Of a DNA stretch of 64,000 bases, positions 36,401 to 51,532 are shown piece by piece. The translations under genes and the position numbers were made by a program. Source of the DNA: Lingula anatina (taxonomy: Eukaryota; Animalia; Brachiopoda); contig CM120640.1 in NCBI GenBank assembly GCA_051362555.1, positions 34,305,967-34,369,966 of the forward strand. Reading direction: 5' to 3'. Under the pieces are notes generated by a model. The model made no database searches, was not told the origin of the DNA, and saw only the letters and a program-made list of their open reading frames with translations. Each line of letters starts with the position of its first letter. Position 1 is the stretch's first letter.

Positions 36401-39400
36401 TTAAATATTAGTGTGATGTGTTTGCCCATAGATCTTATCTTAATAGATGTAATCTCGGTTTCTTCGGAGAGGTTTCTTTTTACCAATATTCCCAATAATA
36501 CACAAGTTATAATAAAGGGAAAAGCGACGTACAACATTGCAGCATTTCGGTGATTTTTAATCTATTCGAATACTGCCCGTTTCCTTCACATTCCTGGGAT
36601 GATTGGCACATAAACTGGTTAAACCGCGTGCATGTGCATGTGAGTGTCTTTATCAACTTACTTCCCAGACATCTGGTAAATTTTGGATTCGTACAACCTA
36701 CATGTATGCATCACCCGGGCCGAGATGGCCAGGAATTATCACCGCGGTGTAAATTATTTTCCACCGCGGCGAAAATTTATTTCCACAGTGGTGTAAATTA
36801 TTTTTCACTGAAATAATTTTCACCGCAGTGAAAATTCCATAAAATAAAACTTAAATGAAAATTTAAAAAAGTTAATATGATACTAACAAAGCTCCGTAGT
36901 GACATGTTCACAGTTTTACCCTACTGGTCTGTGTAATTTGGACATGATATGCCCATACAACTGTTCTGTACCTGTTGACTTTTAAAAACATTTGTTTCAT
37001 TTCACAGTCTGTTTAATTTTATGTAATAACATATTGATTTGTTCAACTAAATGTGAACAATGTAAAATATGTAAATTATACTCGTGTAAGGTTTACAGCC
37101 TGTTGGCTTGAATGAGGGATGTGATATTACTTTTAGAAACCTAGTCAGGTAGCCAAGAAAATTGAGTCAAATATGCCCCCCACCCCCCACAAGGAAAAAA
37201 AGGCAATCACATCAAAGCTGTCTTCATCTTTTGTAAATACATTATTCCCTTATTTTTTTTTTTTTCATTATGCAGCCTAAGGAACAGCTCCCCCTTCACA
37301 TGGCTTGTGCAAGATCTAGTGGGGCACTTGCAATAGTTCAGATGCTCCTGAAAGTCTCTGGAAAAGACTGCAGGCTTGTGGAAGACAAAGTAAGTTTTAA
37401 ACACTCTTATCTTATTCAAAGACAATTTCATATTGATATTATCTGTATGGAGTTTCAATTTGTTTGATGATATGAATAAAATACAGGGGTGTATTGTGGA
37501 AGCAATTTTAAAAGTGGCCTAGAAAATTGTACCCGAATACACATAAAGGAGAAATTCATTCTATTTAAAACAACCAAAATATGTGCATTTATATACAAGT
37601 TAGGTGGACCGACTGCTGTTGCATTTGCTGCCTGCATTGCATGATAAGTTTTGTTTCTTGTACTAGACATGTCACGTCAACGACACATCAGTCCCTTGTA
37701 TCTGAACATGCTTTACTTTAGTTCGGTTGGTCTCATGTCAGTCAGTCAGAATTCTTTCACAGTAATATGAATCTAAGACAAGTGCAGAGTTTGTCTCAGT
37801 GGTGGTTTATGTGAATGTCCCCTAAATCTGTCTTTTGTTTTTCATAGACATGAGTACAAATTTACTAGTAACTTTTTTTACTTTTTATGTTACACTAGAA
37901 GCCAGCTAGGTTATTGAAAAAGTGCAGGAGGCCTATTGTCTCGTGGTCTTGTGTTTCTCTGGTGATTTATTTCACTCAATAAATTAGTAGTAGTTAAGTG
38001 TCTCTTAGTAACATTGTCTCTCCTCATTTAAGTTGTCTAAATCATATATTTAAATTCCCAAGCCTTTGCTATTCACACTAATTTTAAGTGCATTAGGGTT
38101 GTCTCATCTCAAACAGTATAAAGTAAATGTACTTTGTCTTTTGTCTTTTCTTTACAAATCCAGTTATTAATATCCTGCACCGCAAAATCTATTAAAGTGT
38201 TTATTTATTATTTTTGTTTGTGTCATTGTGTGTGTGTTTGACTGTTGTGTCCTCAACCTTAACAAATGCCTCCTTCATTTTCACTTAAATAATTATATGA
38301 ATATCTCTTGCCATGAAAATTATTTCAAATTTTTTTCAGGATGTTTGGTATCAGTATCTCGCACACAGAGTTTTACTATGATCGTTTCGTTTTTATTTAC
38401 AAAAATTGTTATAAACATTCTCTGATTCAGAAATTATTTCAGAACTGTTTCCATTTCAGGATGGCTCAATTCCTATATTTCTATCTTCTGAAGTTGGTAA
38501 TGTGGCAGTTTGCAAAGAATGCCTCACACAACAGACAGAGCAACAGATCAAATTCCAGAGAAGGGTGGGTCCCCCTGTTTTCTTTGACTTGTTTGAAGTT
38601 GGCCAGACATGACATATCTGGAGGCAGTCAGTGCACAAACAATTACAAATTTCCCATGGCACTGGGCTTTGTTTCACAAAGGGCTTGTTTAAAAAGTCTT
38701 GTGTGGCATTTTATGAAATGTGGTACTTTTTGTACTCTAGACATGCATTGGACATGTCATGTCACCCACATGGTACAAACCAGATGTCACAAGCATTATG
38801 ATTAATGTTTTCAATTAGAACAATGGCAGTGATATTGTATTATATGTTTTGTTGACATCGTGAATTGTTTTAGCTTTTGTTCTGGACTATTTCAGATATT
38901 TCACTGTTACGTAGTTTGATGTTGAAATTATGGTATGGTTACAGAATTTCAATCATAGAATAGATTAAGTATTTAGAGCGATTGTTAATGGATATTGGTA
39001 CATTTAAGGGGTGTAGGGTAACCCATGTTGCTAAATCTATGAAATCTTTGGTTTTGCACATATATTATCGTGTTTTTAGCACTTCAACTTATGCCAATAA
39101 GCAAGAATGGTTGAATTCACATACTACGGATAAGATAATGAAATTAAAGATTGCTTTTCACTTAAATCAAATTTTTAAAGAAAAAATTAAATAACTTAAA
39201 GGTTGTTAAATAAACAATAGTGTGGTCAGTGATAAAGCCCTCTTTACATTTCAATTTCTTATAATGCTGTTGTATGAATGTATTTGCGCCAAAATTAATA
39301 AGGGGATTGGGCCTCCCAAATTACTTGTCTATGAATTTCTCTTGTGCACAGAGTTGAAGCTAAATTTCTTTTAGCTAAAACTTACTTGAACATGTCCTGA

Positions 39401-42400
39401 ATATTATGCTGTGACGCTTTCTGAAGTCTTGAAAGAGTAAACAATTTTCGTAATTGATACCAAATCTCTTTTTTTTTTAAAGATCTGCAATACATTATCA
39501 CTGATTTTCCCCAATTTCCACAGGGTAATGGAGACAACTTGATGCATGTTGCTTGCAGAAGAAAGGACGTGGATCTGGCAAAACTATTTGTGGAGTACGG
39601 AGCCAACTTTGATGTGCAAAATGTAAGTTTTGAAAGTACAGATGGCATTCGAAAATTCTGGAAGAGTAACAAAAGTTATGATTAATATAAGTGTTTGCTG
39701 ACATTTCATGATGTTGACATACAACAATAATATGTTTGCAGAATATAGCTAAAATCTTGACTGCTTGATTTTGATAATTTTGGATAATTTAATATGTTTT
39801 AAAATTCTAACCTGTTTTGATTTTAATATTTAGTCACAATTTATTAATTTACATAGAAAGGCTGGCAGAGAATTTCCTTAAATTGTCACATGTGGCTACT
39901 CAGTTATTATTGTTGTTGTTGTTAATATTACTGTTGTTATTATTATTATTATTATTTAATTTAGTATGAGGGCCATACCCCCTTACATATATCAGCCTGG
40001 GAAGGGGATGAAGCCATGATGAAGTACCTGTATCAAGCTAAAGCCAATCCAAACATAACAGATCAGGTATGCAGATCTATTTGAGATTGGCATCATGATC
40101 GGCCATGGCATGTCATTGTATGGAATTTTGTAAAATATGAATTTGGATTCAAACATTTAATGAGTGAAGTGGTATTTTCAAAATACTAAAATTGTAAATG
40201 GATATTTCTTTTTAAGATATTCTCTATAAAATCAAAATAGAATCAAATTTATATGCCAACAGTTTTATTATATTCCATTTGTCAGGCCAACAAAAAGCAT
40301 CTGCTTGAATAAAAAAATATTAAAGTTAGACTTTTTATTTTTATTTCGATAAAAGGGTCAGTTTTCACATAAGGTGCTTGCTGAATGCTATTTCATTGGC
40401 CTATGAGTCAACAGAATGTGATGAGAATGGAAATTTCCTTTCAGATGGATCGTAGTCCCTTACACATAGCTGCAGAGCGTGGGAACACAAGTGTTGTGGA
40501 GCTGTTGGTGGATAAATTCAAGGCTAATGTCGCCGCTCGAACTAAAGATGGCAGCACCTTAATGCATATAGCATCAGAATGCGGGCATCCTGATACTGCA
40601 CTTACATTTCTCAAGAAAGGAGTGCCATTGCATATGCCAAATAAAGTAAACAATTTAATTACTTTAACATGTAAAACACATCTGGAAATCTTACTCCTTT
40701 TTTTCTTTTCTTTTTTCTAATGACAACAGTCATCATTTTAACGATTTAAAAAAGATTGGAAATTAGGTATCTAAAATAAATTTTTGCCATTATCATTAAA
40801 TCAGTGTGTAATATAATGATAATAATGATTGCGTTGATCAAAGAACATACTTGATAAATTACGTTTCTGTTTTACTGTAAAAATATTTAAAAAGCCCTTT
40901 TGTGGAAAAGAACTGGAGTCTTTATCCTTATTTTGTTTACTTCATTGATTATTTTTAAAACAAGAAGATGAATTAAGTTGAAATGTCTGTTGAAATGTTT
41001 ATTCATGAAAATGAGAAAAAACTTTGGCACTGCTTTTTCAGGCAGGGGCTGTTTGTCTCCATGCTGCTGCCAAGAGAGGCCACACTGCTGTAGTGAGGTC
41101 ACTCCTCCAGAAAGGTGCACAAGTAGACGCCAGGACCAAGGTGACTTTAATATATCATTTTACTACAAATAAAGAGAAATAAGAATAGAAAAATCTTCTT
41201 ATAAAAGAGCTAAGCATAAGTAACAAGTAAACGCCAGGGCTAAGGTGACTTTGAAATATCATTTTACTACAATAAAGAAAAAAAAATAAAAATCATCAAA
41301 AAGAAGAGTTAAGCATTCCTTTGACAAAATGGTGTACCATTTCCAAATTGTCATTTTGACTATTGTTCATGAGGGTTCAGTTTTCTCCATATTTATGCAT
41401 TAATTTTTTTCCAGATAATGAGAGAATCCTTCTATTTTCAAAACTTAATTTAAAATTACAGCCCACCTATCATCATTAGTTCAAAGTTTTTATGTTTAAA
41501 GATCAAAACATACCCAAAAGTATCTTATTTGTGTCCAACTGGCAATTTGAAAGGGAAGAATTTGTATTTTCAGGACAACTACACAGCCCTGCACATAGCT
41601 GTGGAGGCATGCAGACCACTTGTGGTACAGACACTATTGGGCTTTGGTGCTCAGGTGGAACTCAAGGGAGGACTGGTCAGTCTGTCTTTTTATTAACCAT
41701 ATATTGATAATTACTTCACTATGTTGAAAAGATTGTCGATTTATTTCAAGGAAAGAAATACCATTCATTGGATTATTAACATTGTAGTTCTTTTAGTTTC
41801 CTGGAACAGCAGTTTTCTTGTGGAAAGCAATAATGATCAGTATAATGGTGATATGTTGAATTTAAAAAAATGTTTGGTTATAAATATTGATCAAACAGAC
41901 TGTTCTTTTTTTTCTATGAGAATGCAATTGTGCAGTGAATGTTTACTAGTGAAACAAATTTCTGTAAATTAAAGTTGATGTTGATATTTTAGGCCCAGGA
42001 GACCCCACTCCACATAGCAGCCAGAACCAGTGAAGGGGAAAAGTGTGCAGAAATGCTTATCAAAAGTGGAGCCAATGTTAATTCCATTCAGGAGAACGGG
42101 GAGACTGCAATGCACATAGCAGCCAGATATGGTCTCATCAAAATGGTTATTGCCCTCTTGGAAGAAGGTGGTGACCCCTGTTGGCAGTCAAAGGTAATGT
42201 GTTTATTTTTATAGTAAGGATAGAAGATAATACCTAAGTCAAACCACTGTTGTACTTCATAGATTTATCCAGCATTTGTGATATCCCAAACAAAAAATTG
42301 TTATCACAGTTTAAGTACCATCTGCAAATGTATATATATGTCATTTGTGATAGTTGAAATACAATTTTGAAACTCCAGAATTCATCAGTGTAGAATTAAG

Positions 42401-43342
42401 GAATGTCTTGTTGAACAGGGGTTATCTAATTATCTTTAGGTCTTGATTTATACACAAGGTTACTATTGTTTCAAAGTAGAGAAGGCAGTTTATACGTTAT
42501 TTTAAATATTCTCAAGTTAATTTGTTCTATATTTTTGCCAGCTTGGGGAAACTCCTCTCCATGTGTCTGTGAGACACTGTCATTGGGATGTGGCAGACGA
42601 ACTTCTGAGATTTGTGGCCACAGAGAAGTCCCATATAGATGCTGTGATGCTAGTCAACCAACAAAATACTGTAAGATATTTAGTTTTTAATTTAAATATT
42701 CTAATGACTTTTTATATTCTCTCAAATTTCCATGCTCTGATGTTTGACATTAACAAAATTCTATAAGGTTAATTTTTTAATTCAGATATTTTAATTACAT
42801 TTTACTCTCAAATTTTCTTTGCTGTACATAAAGTAACACTTTTATCTGGATGGGAACTGGTATTGCTTGAGGCATATTATGCATTTATCATAAAATGTTT
42901 ACATAAGCATGGTATTATTTAAGCAGATTTTCCAAGATTGTAAATTGAAATATTTTTTAAAGATATTGATATCAATTTTTTTTAACAGGAAGGGGAAACT
43001 TGTGTGCATTATGCAGCTGAAATTACCAAGAACATGTGCCATAGAGAGTTTGAAGATGTCGATGTGATCAAACTGATGCTGGAATACAATGGAGACACGA
43101 ACACACAGACTAGAATGGTAAGATCCTGTAGAAATGTGAATGAAAAATCGTAGTATGCTCTTCTCATTATCGCACTAATGGAGTGCAGGCTGTAAATCAA
43201 GTATGTGAAAAAAGAATGATGATTGCGGTAACTGCAGATGCAAGTCAAGATATAAATGCTTTATTGATGAATTTAAACATGCGTATTTGGAACATATGGG
43301 TTTACAGACATTGTAAATTTTTCTAGGTCTATGGGCTATAGT

Positions 43343-43384
<42 letters not shown>

Positions 43385-46300
43385 GGGTTAATTGTACATT
43401 TTGTAATAAACAAAATGTATGTGAGATCTAATTTTTTTGAATAAACATTTGAAGTGAAAAAGTCTAAAAACAGGGATCATTATCATTTAAAAAGAAACAA
43501 GTTCATGCTGCACTGAATTTGACTCTGCCATCTTGTTTCTGTTGTCACATTTTCATCCTTTTCTCCAGACACATGAGACCCCACTTCACTACTGCTCCAG
43601 GGCAGGAAACGAGGACATCCTGTTGGAAATGGTCAGACATTTAGGTCCCAACAGAGTCCAGTTGGCAGTCAACAAGCAAGCAAAGGTACTAGATGTAGTA
43701 TAAGGACAGTTAGTACCATATCAGTAAAGACATTTGAAACTGTGAAATTTCAATAAAAATCCATTAAAATGTTGGTTATCATATTGAAATGTTATTCACC
43801 AATTTTTGCTTACATGAGATACACTGTATATTTTATATCATAGAAAGAAGTTTTTTTTTTGCTGTTGTGGGCAACAGGACGTGACTTGAAATTATACTGT
43901 CAATCATAATTTGCCACATGTTCATCCAAGTTTATCCCTTTATTAAATTGATAACAAACTTACCCATCAAATATGACACCACTGATTCAGTACGAAACTT
44001 AATTAACCACATGTAGCAGAAATGAATGAATTAATGTGTGAATGAGGCAGAGACAGTAATTAATTAAGATTAGGAATATCTTCAGTCTGCAGCTTTTCAA
44101 GGAATATTTACCACATATTGAGGGATGCCAGTGCTTCATACTTAATCTTTTTCTTAATCTTTTCCTGAAACCTAATAAAAGGTATCCCCAGTGCATCAAG
44201 CCAATTTATGTGATTTAGGGTCCGGGTAATATTTTCTCAGAAAAGTACTTCTCCGTTCATAAATCTGCAATTTACAATATTCTTTCAGAATGGCTGGTCC
44301 CCATTATTGGTTGCGTGTGAGCAGGGCCACCTGGACATTGTAAAGATCTTAATGCAGAACCATGCCAGAGTGGATGTGTTTGATGAGGTGAAAATTTGAT
44401 TTAAAAATATGGAGAGATAAAAAAATAACTTAAGATATTATAAGATTATTGGGCACTTAATACAGCACAGGCTCTCTATTTTACATAAATTTCTAAATGT
44501 TTTATTTACAGTAGGTGTAACAACTCACTTTTTAAGTTAAAGCAGAGAAAACATGAAAGAGGCATATTATGGGAGTACTTATGTCAAATTGCCACTATAC
44601 CATATCAAATGCCACCATATAGAGCAGAGTTACATTAATTTCCGAAAAAATGATATTTACACATATACTTTTTGATTACCTTTCTTTGCTTTTTGTACTG
44701 GAGGGAAAATAAGTAGATCAAATTTACAACCTTGTTTATTAAGACATTTTTGTTCTATGACAGCATGGTAAGGCGGCACTGCACCTGGCGGCAGAGAACG
44801 GCCATGATGAGGTAGCAGACGTGTTGCTGTGGCACAAGGCATTTGTCAATGCTAAGTCCAAACTTGGGGTCACCCCTCTCCACCTGGCGGCACAGAATGG
44901 CTGCAATAAACTTGTCAAACTGCTGATAGAAACTCACGGAGCTACCATTGATGCCTTGTCCCTGGTGAGTATGTCATTCTCTGACATAAGATGTTAGTGC
45001 AGCCTGCATGTATTTATTTTTGTAAATTTTTTTGTACATTCTTGAAATAAAAGATTGTTTTTCCTGATCATTTGTGAAAAAAAGAGTAAAGCTGTTATGT
45101 CAAGTCTTTTTAAGCAGAGACATTTGTAATACATTGTGTGAAAGGGGTTTAAATTTGCTGTCCCACTCATAGATTAAAAAAATTAAGTTGCATTTGGGTT
45201 GCCTGCCTCCAATGTCCACCTCAACTTTTGTTACGAAAATTATTAATTTTTAGGCGAAGAAGACTCCCTTGCATATGGCTGCACAGAATGGGCAGATGGA
45301 AGTTTGCAGTACTTTCCTGAAGATGAAAGCTGATGCAAATGCCACTGATGTGGTATGTTTAGTTATTTTGATTAAAGAAATAAAAATAAAGTCAAGTTCA
45401 TTACTTTGAAATTTAATTATAGGTTTGCAAAAACACATGCTGATGTTTAAAAAAGGAAAATTTCTGAAAGGTAAAAATATTACTGCACGATTAACAAAGC
45501 TAGATTGAAGAACAAAAGCAACATTCTGTGGTTTTCAAAAACAAAAAACAACAAAAAAAATTATATCTCTTAATGCTTTTTCAGCATGGTCAAACTCCCC
45601 TCCATTTGGCTGCTGAAAACGACCACTCAGATGTTGTGAAACTCTTCCTAAAGCACAAGCCTGAGTTAGTCACTATGGCCAACACGGTGAGTGATACTAT
45701 ATTTGAACCAGCAGCAATAGTCGCAGCATAAGAATTGCCATTTGCTGTTCAGCAGTATGTCATATGTAAAATTGACATTAAGAATTTCCTGGTTATAAAA
45801 AAATACAATGGGATAATTATTTTTATGAAGTGGTTCATCAAAGAGATGTTTAATGTAAGGCATCAAGAAATAACTTGACATTTCTATGATAAGATCAGTT
45901 TTAAATGAATGTTTATTAATATCTTGGATTTTGGATATTGATGAAAAGTTTTGATTATCTCTTTGACAGGTTGTTAGGTAAATTTTTTATGTTTGACATT
46001 GTGAAGGTTTTTCTGCTAACAATGAATTATAGCATTTCGTTTGATAACTTTCAGAATTGATTTTTTCTGTGTTTCTAGGATATAAAAGCACTAAAATAAC
46101 ACATCAAAATGCTCTTTAACAGCCATTCAAGAGGGGGGATTAACTTGAAAGGTTATGCAATAATCATTCTGGTTTATTAAATTGACAAAAGGTGGACTTG
46201 TTTGCTATGTCTGTGATTTTATTACTTTTCACTCCACTGACTTTTAGGTTTTTATCTTACTTACCAAATGGTATTTTGCTATCATGTTACTTTCCACTTA

Positions 46301-47910
46301 GATTTGTAATATAGAAGACATTTGAACAGATTATATTACAGAAAACAGCTACATTGAAAGATAATTGATAATAAATTTTTCTAATGCTCGGTAATAAAAA
46401 CCCATGTATATCATGAGGGCTTAAAACAAATGTATTGGTTTTTAGGTTTACTATAGCTTATAAGAAGTAATACAATTCTTCATGTGTCTTTACTTGGTTT
46501 TTGTATTAAATCTAGTGGATTGATTATAATAGAGTTTGGGTACTAACACTGTGAAATGGTTTAGTAACTATTACAATTTAATTAAATGCTGTGACCAGGA
46601 TAATGTAAGTATGTGGGGCCAATGACCTTTATATAGGTAATGGTTCACTTTCCAGAAAATTGGGATGACCAAAAAATGCATGCATGTCCAATTACCCATA
46701 TTTTGCATTGATCACCTTTGTACATTTCTCCCCTGCAATAGGAAACGTGGATGTAACATTGTGTCATACTGCACGCATGCACTTGTACAGTATCATGTTG
46801 GGTTTTGCAGGAAGTTTATATGAATTGGTATTTGACCTGTTGTTGTTTTACTTTCACTGGGTTGGATTTTATCTTTTTTTTATGAATTTTCGTAAGCATG
46901 TTGATGTTAATATATTGCAAAATTATTTTAAAGCTGTATCTCTTGACAATGTTGATAGATTGTATGACTGAGACTTTATTTTCTTTTAATTATGTGAAAT
47001 TAGTTCTAACTTTAAATCTAGTATAAAGCATACATCAAGACCTGTTAAGGGTTCTTTTTGAAGTTTTGCTTGCGTAGTCAGAATCAGGATATATATCTTG
47101 TCACACAAAAGGCATTTCTTATAATGCTTTGTTTAAAATTATTATTTTAATGTTTTTTTTATTAATCTGACCCTTCTTTTTTTTTGTATTGATATTCTAT
47201 TTCTTGGTTCAAATATTGTTAAACATTGGAGTAATGAGTATGGGTATAATTTCAACTCTTATAAACATTTCATTAAATCAGTGGCACTTTTTTTTCACTT
47301 TCAGAATGGCATGACATGTGCTCACATAGCTGCCTCAAAGGGCAGTGTAGGTGTCATTAAGGAACTTATGAGATTCAACAAAATGGTAGTGACAACAGCC
47401 AGAAATAGGGTAAGTGACACTTTTTGGTTGAGTTGTTTTTGTATACAGTTTTTTTTCCTTTGCCAAAATAAATTTTCTTTACAGTTTTATTGACAACATG
47501 AAGACAATTTTAATGTGACATTGAATCAGATAAGACTACATATGCATACATACTCAAACAAAGCTCTGAATTTTTTCCAACCAAAAAAGTTTTCCTGACA
47601 TGCTTAACCAAAAGAGGATTGTCCTGAAAAGGCATGAATTCAGATAGAGGATTGTTTAAATTTAAACTAAATTCATTTTGTTATTTCCTTTGTTTATTGT
47701 GTATAGACCAACAACTCGACAGCCCTCCATCTAGCTGCAGAAGGAGGACATGTAGAAGTAGTGCAAGTGCTGCTGGAAGCTGGAGCCTCTGCAACTGATG
47801 AAAATGCCGTAAGTGACACCTAGTAATACACTTAGCTTATTCATAGGGTTATTGATGTGTCTGCTGTTCATTTACACTAATGTGTTTATGTTAATGTGAT
47901 GAAAAATGAA

Positions 47911-47999
<89 letters not shown>

Positions 48000-50432
48000 G
48001 AATTAGAATGTAAAAAAAAATAGAAGATAAGAAACAAAGTTTTTGAAATACTTGATTTGTTACACAATGTCATGTGGTATTATTTGACAAAATTTGCCTT
48101 GTGAATATAAATAAAAAGATTATTGATCTAACGTGGCTATAATTGCTTTGGAGATAAAAGGAACTGAAATCTTTCAGTAATGAAAATATACCAAAATATT
48201 AAAGTTTATATTCCACAATTTGTTTACGTTTAATAATAACATCTGATAAAATTTACATTTTGATATTTTTAAGGAGGGTATGACGGCCATTCATCTGTCA
48301 GCCAAACATGGGCATGTGCACATCTTGGATGCACTGAAGGGACATGTTGATTTTGCCGTCACGAGTGCTAAGGTAGGTCAGGAAAACAGTTCTACAGTTT
48401 ATCAATAACTTTTCTGTCAATCAAAAAAGATCAAAAGGCTCTTCTTTCCAAATGTTACATCTAAAGATTTTCATGAGATAATTTGTTGAGAACAGATGCT
48501 GCCTTTTGGAAACACATGGCAGTTTTGTAAAGTAAATAACCCATTCACCTTGCAGTGAAGGTTACTTGGATATGCATGTTTTGGTTGTCAGTAAGCGTTG
48601 TCAGTTTTGACAAGTGCAGGGCCCATCTAACAACTTAGTAGTGCCAGTTTGCACTGGCTTCCAAAACTTGTACAGTATGCCAGAACATTCGGTGTGATAA
48701 AAAAAAAAACTGTAACTAAATGCGACTTTTTCACCTTTTGACCTTTTTGATCTGATTTTCTTTGTTTATATTATACTGTGACTATGGGCAATATTATTGG
48801 CTACCGTGTATGTTATTACAAACTCTCAGTAGTATCTGTTGAAATGCAACACTTACCAAGAGGAAAGTTGATCTCTTTTTAAAGACAAACAGATTGAACA
48901 TGATTTTATATCTAGGAAAAGAGTTTGATTTAGGATTTAAATCACTGGTAAGTCTCAGGTGTATTCAGTGGTGGCTCTCAGTGTTAATCCTGTTGCACAT
49001 TTCCTTGGATGGGCAGTGACTTCAAGTTAGACTGTTGTTTTGATGCATCTTTTTGATACTGTTCTCAGACATTGGGTAGGTGTACACACAGGTGTATATA
49101 GTATTCTCAGGTAGCTGGTTAGCTTGATGAATGGGATGCTCTGTCAGTACTTGGTTATAACTCTTTTCACGATGAAAGGAATTGAGCGCTAGGGTGTAGT
49201 TTATCAAACCTAATGAGACTAAAGAGATATGTTCATGCTCAGCCTTATAATGCCAGTAGGAAGAGGAAACCTGTCATTCCAGTGTCATGACTTTACGTAC
49301 ATGCGGTTCCAAAATTGAACATGCTTACCTTGTTAAAGGTCCACAGGGATAGTTTGGCTTCAATTTTCAATCAAAGTGTCAGTGAGGATAGTGGAGTAGA
49401 TGTGGAGTCACTTTTAGATGAGAATTGTGATGAAAGTGAAGAAAATTGGCCACAGTTTGATGATGATGACGGTGGTGGTAGTAAAAAAGAAAATGGACAT
49501 TTTGATCATTCTGAGGTTAAGTTCAAACCATTCTGACTTTTGAAATTAAATTGAATTTCTTATCTTAAATCAATATCCAATGCAAGAGAAAATCAAATTT
49601 TTTTCAGACTGGGTTAACAGCCCTCCATGTTGCTGCTCATTATGGTCAAGCAGACTTTGTGCGTGAGACACTGACCAGCATTCCAGCCACAGTGACCAGT
49701 GAGGCCCCAGACTCTGAAACTGGACTCAAGGATGTCACTGCTGAGGTGAGTTTTACAAAGCAGTTTTTTTTTAATTAAAAAGTCGCATAAAAAGTCAAAG
49801 AATAACAATTTTTTGTTGGTGTTTGTCTTTTAACTTGGTAGCATTTCAAAAGAAATTGATTAAAGCTTCGTTAGTGTTGATTTTCTTTCCCAGAAAAACA
49901 TAACATTATTTTCAATATGTTTATGAGTTCTGAGATCTTTTAACTGTAGTCTACAAAAAATAATAATGAAAGAAAAATTAAATGAGTCAGTAAAGATAAC
50001 AAAACATATTTGAAAGAAAATGCATATTTGAAAATACAGGTATTTTTGTTTTGTTTTGTTTTGTTTCTTTTTTTAAATTTAATTAATTATTTTTTATTAA
50101 AAATATAAAGAATTGTTTACAGTTGTCATCTGCATTAAGCGTTTACAGCTGGAAGTTCTTTCTAAGCATATTTATTACAACCATTGACACTATAGTTTAT
50201 GTACCCTCTGGTTCTTTACTTGCTTCAGATATAATTCACTAGAATTTATTTTCACGTTGCTTTTTTTAACACCTGGGCCATATTTCACGGTATTAATTGG
50301 TCAGATGAAGGAGGAACTAGTCACTTCAAAATAGCATACCAAGAATATAATGCATTCGTGTAGGCCTTGTTATTGCTATTTTCCCTACTGATGAACTTTC
50401 AAGAATCACAGATTGTAATTGTTATTTTTGCA

Positions 50433-50493
<61 letters not shown>

Positions 50494-51480
50494 TTTACTT
50501 TATTATTCTGGCATTGCTATGTATAAATATGGCTCACATTGTAACTATGGAATTTATATAAAAAAAACAAGTTCAGAATCTCAAAGTCACACTGTTTATC
50601 CGTTTTTAAATTATCAACATTTTTAATATGCTTTACTATGGTGGTTAGATATTATTATTTTTTATTTATTTAATCTGTTTTATCTTGGCATTTATCTCTC
50701 CTGTAGTCTGGCCTCACTCCGCTCCACTTGGCCTCCCAGTCTGGTCATGAAGGGTTGGTCCGCCTGTTACTCAATTCTCCAGGTGTGCAAGCAGACGCAG
50801 CCACCAAAGTCCAGGTAATAAACACAGTGATTCTGTCTGGACGTTCTAGAATTTGTATGCGTGCATAACCAGTGATCTGACTTTTAACTTGAACTTCTGA
50901 ACTGTATCGGGAGGGAGGATGTATCCAAGGAATTTAGGATCAATACTTTATTTATTTCTTAAGTATAACAGTGAAATAGAGATGTGTGAATTTGATATGT
51001 TAATATCTACTAGTAGATTTACAATGCCTAATGCATCATCATTAATTTTTTAAGTTCTTTGTAAAGATTTAGTATTACTGGATTTAAATTAAAAGTAGTA
51101 TTTTTTTAATCAACAGCTATCCAAATCATCTATTTATTTATAAAAATATTTTGAACTGTTAAAAAATTTCTTACTAGCAACCCGTAGAAAAATGTAATAT
51201 TTTCAATATTTATTGGTATGATTAAAATTAAGGTTACATTAATAAATTGATTTCAGGGTTCAATACCACTCCACATGGCTGCTCAGAATGGCCATACTTC
51301 AGTGGTCAGTCTGCTTCTCAGTAAGTCCACCTCTCAGATCCATGTCAAGGACAAGAGGGGCAGGACTGGACTGCACCTGTCTGCTGCACATGGACATTAT
51401 GATATGGTGGCACTTCTGCTGGGGCAGGGGGCTGATATTAATGTTTATGATAAGGTAATATAGTAAATATTCTGAAGAAT

Positions 51481-51532
<52 letters not shown>

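Noticed and set aside
36209-36816. ORFs inside the TIR element as a transposase
   Set aside because: They are short, carry no DDE or HTH motif, and have non-ATG or weak starts.
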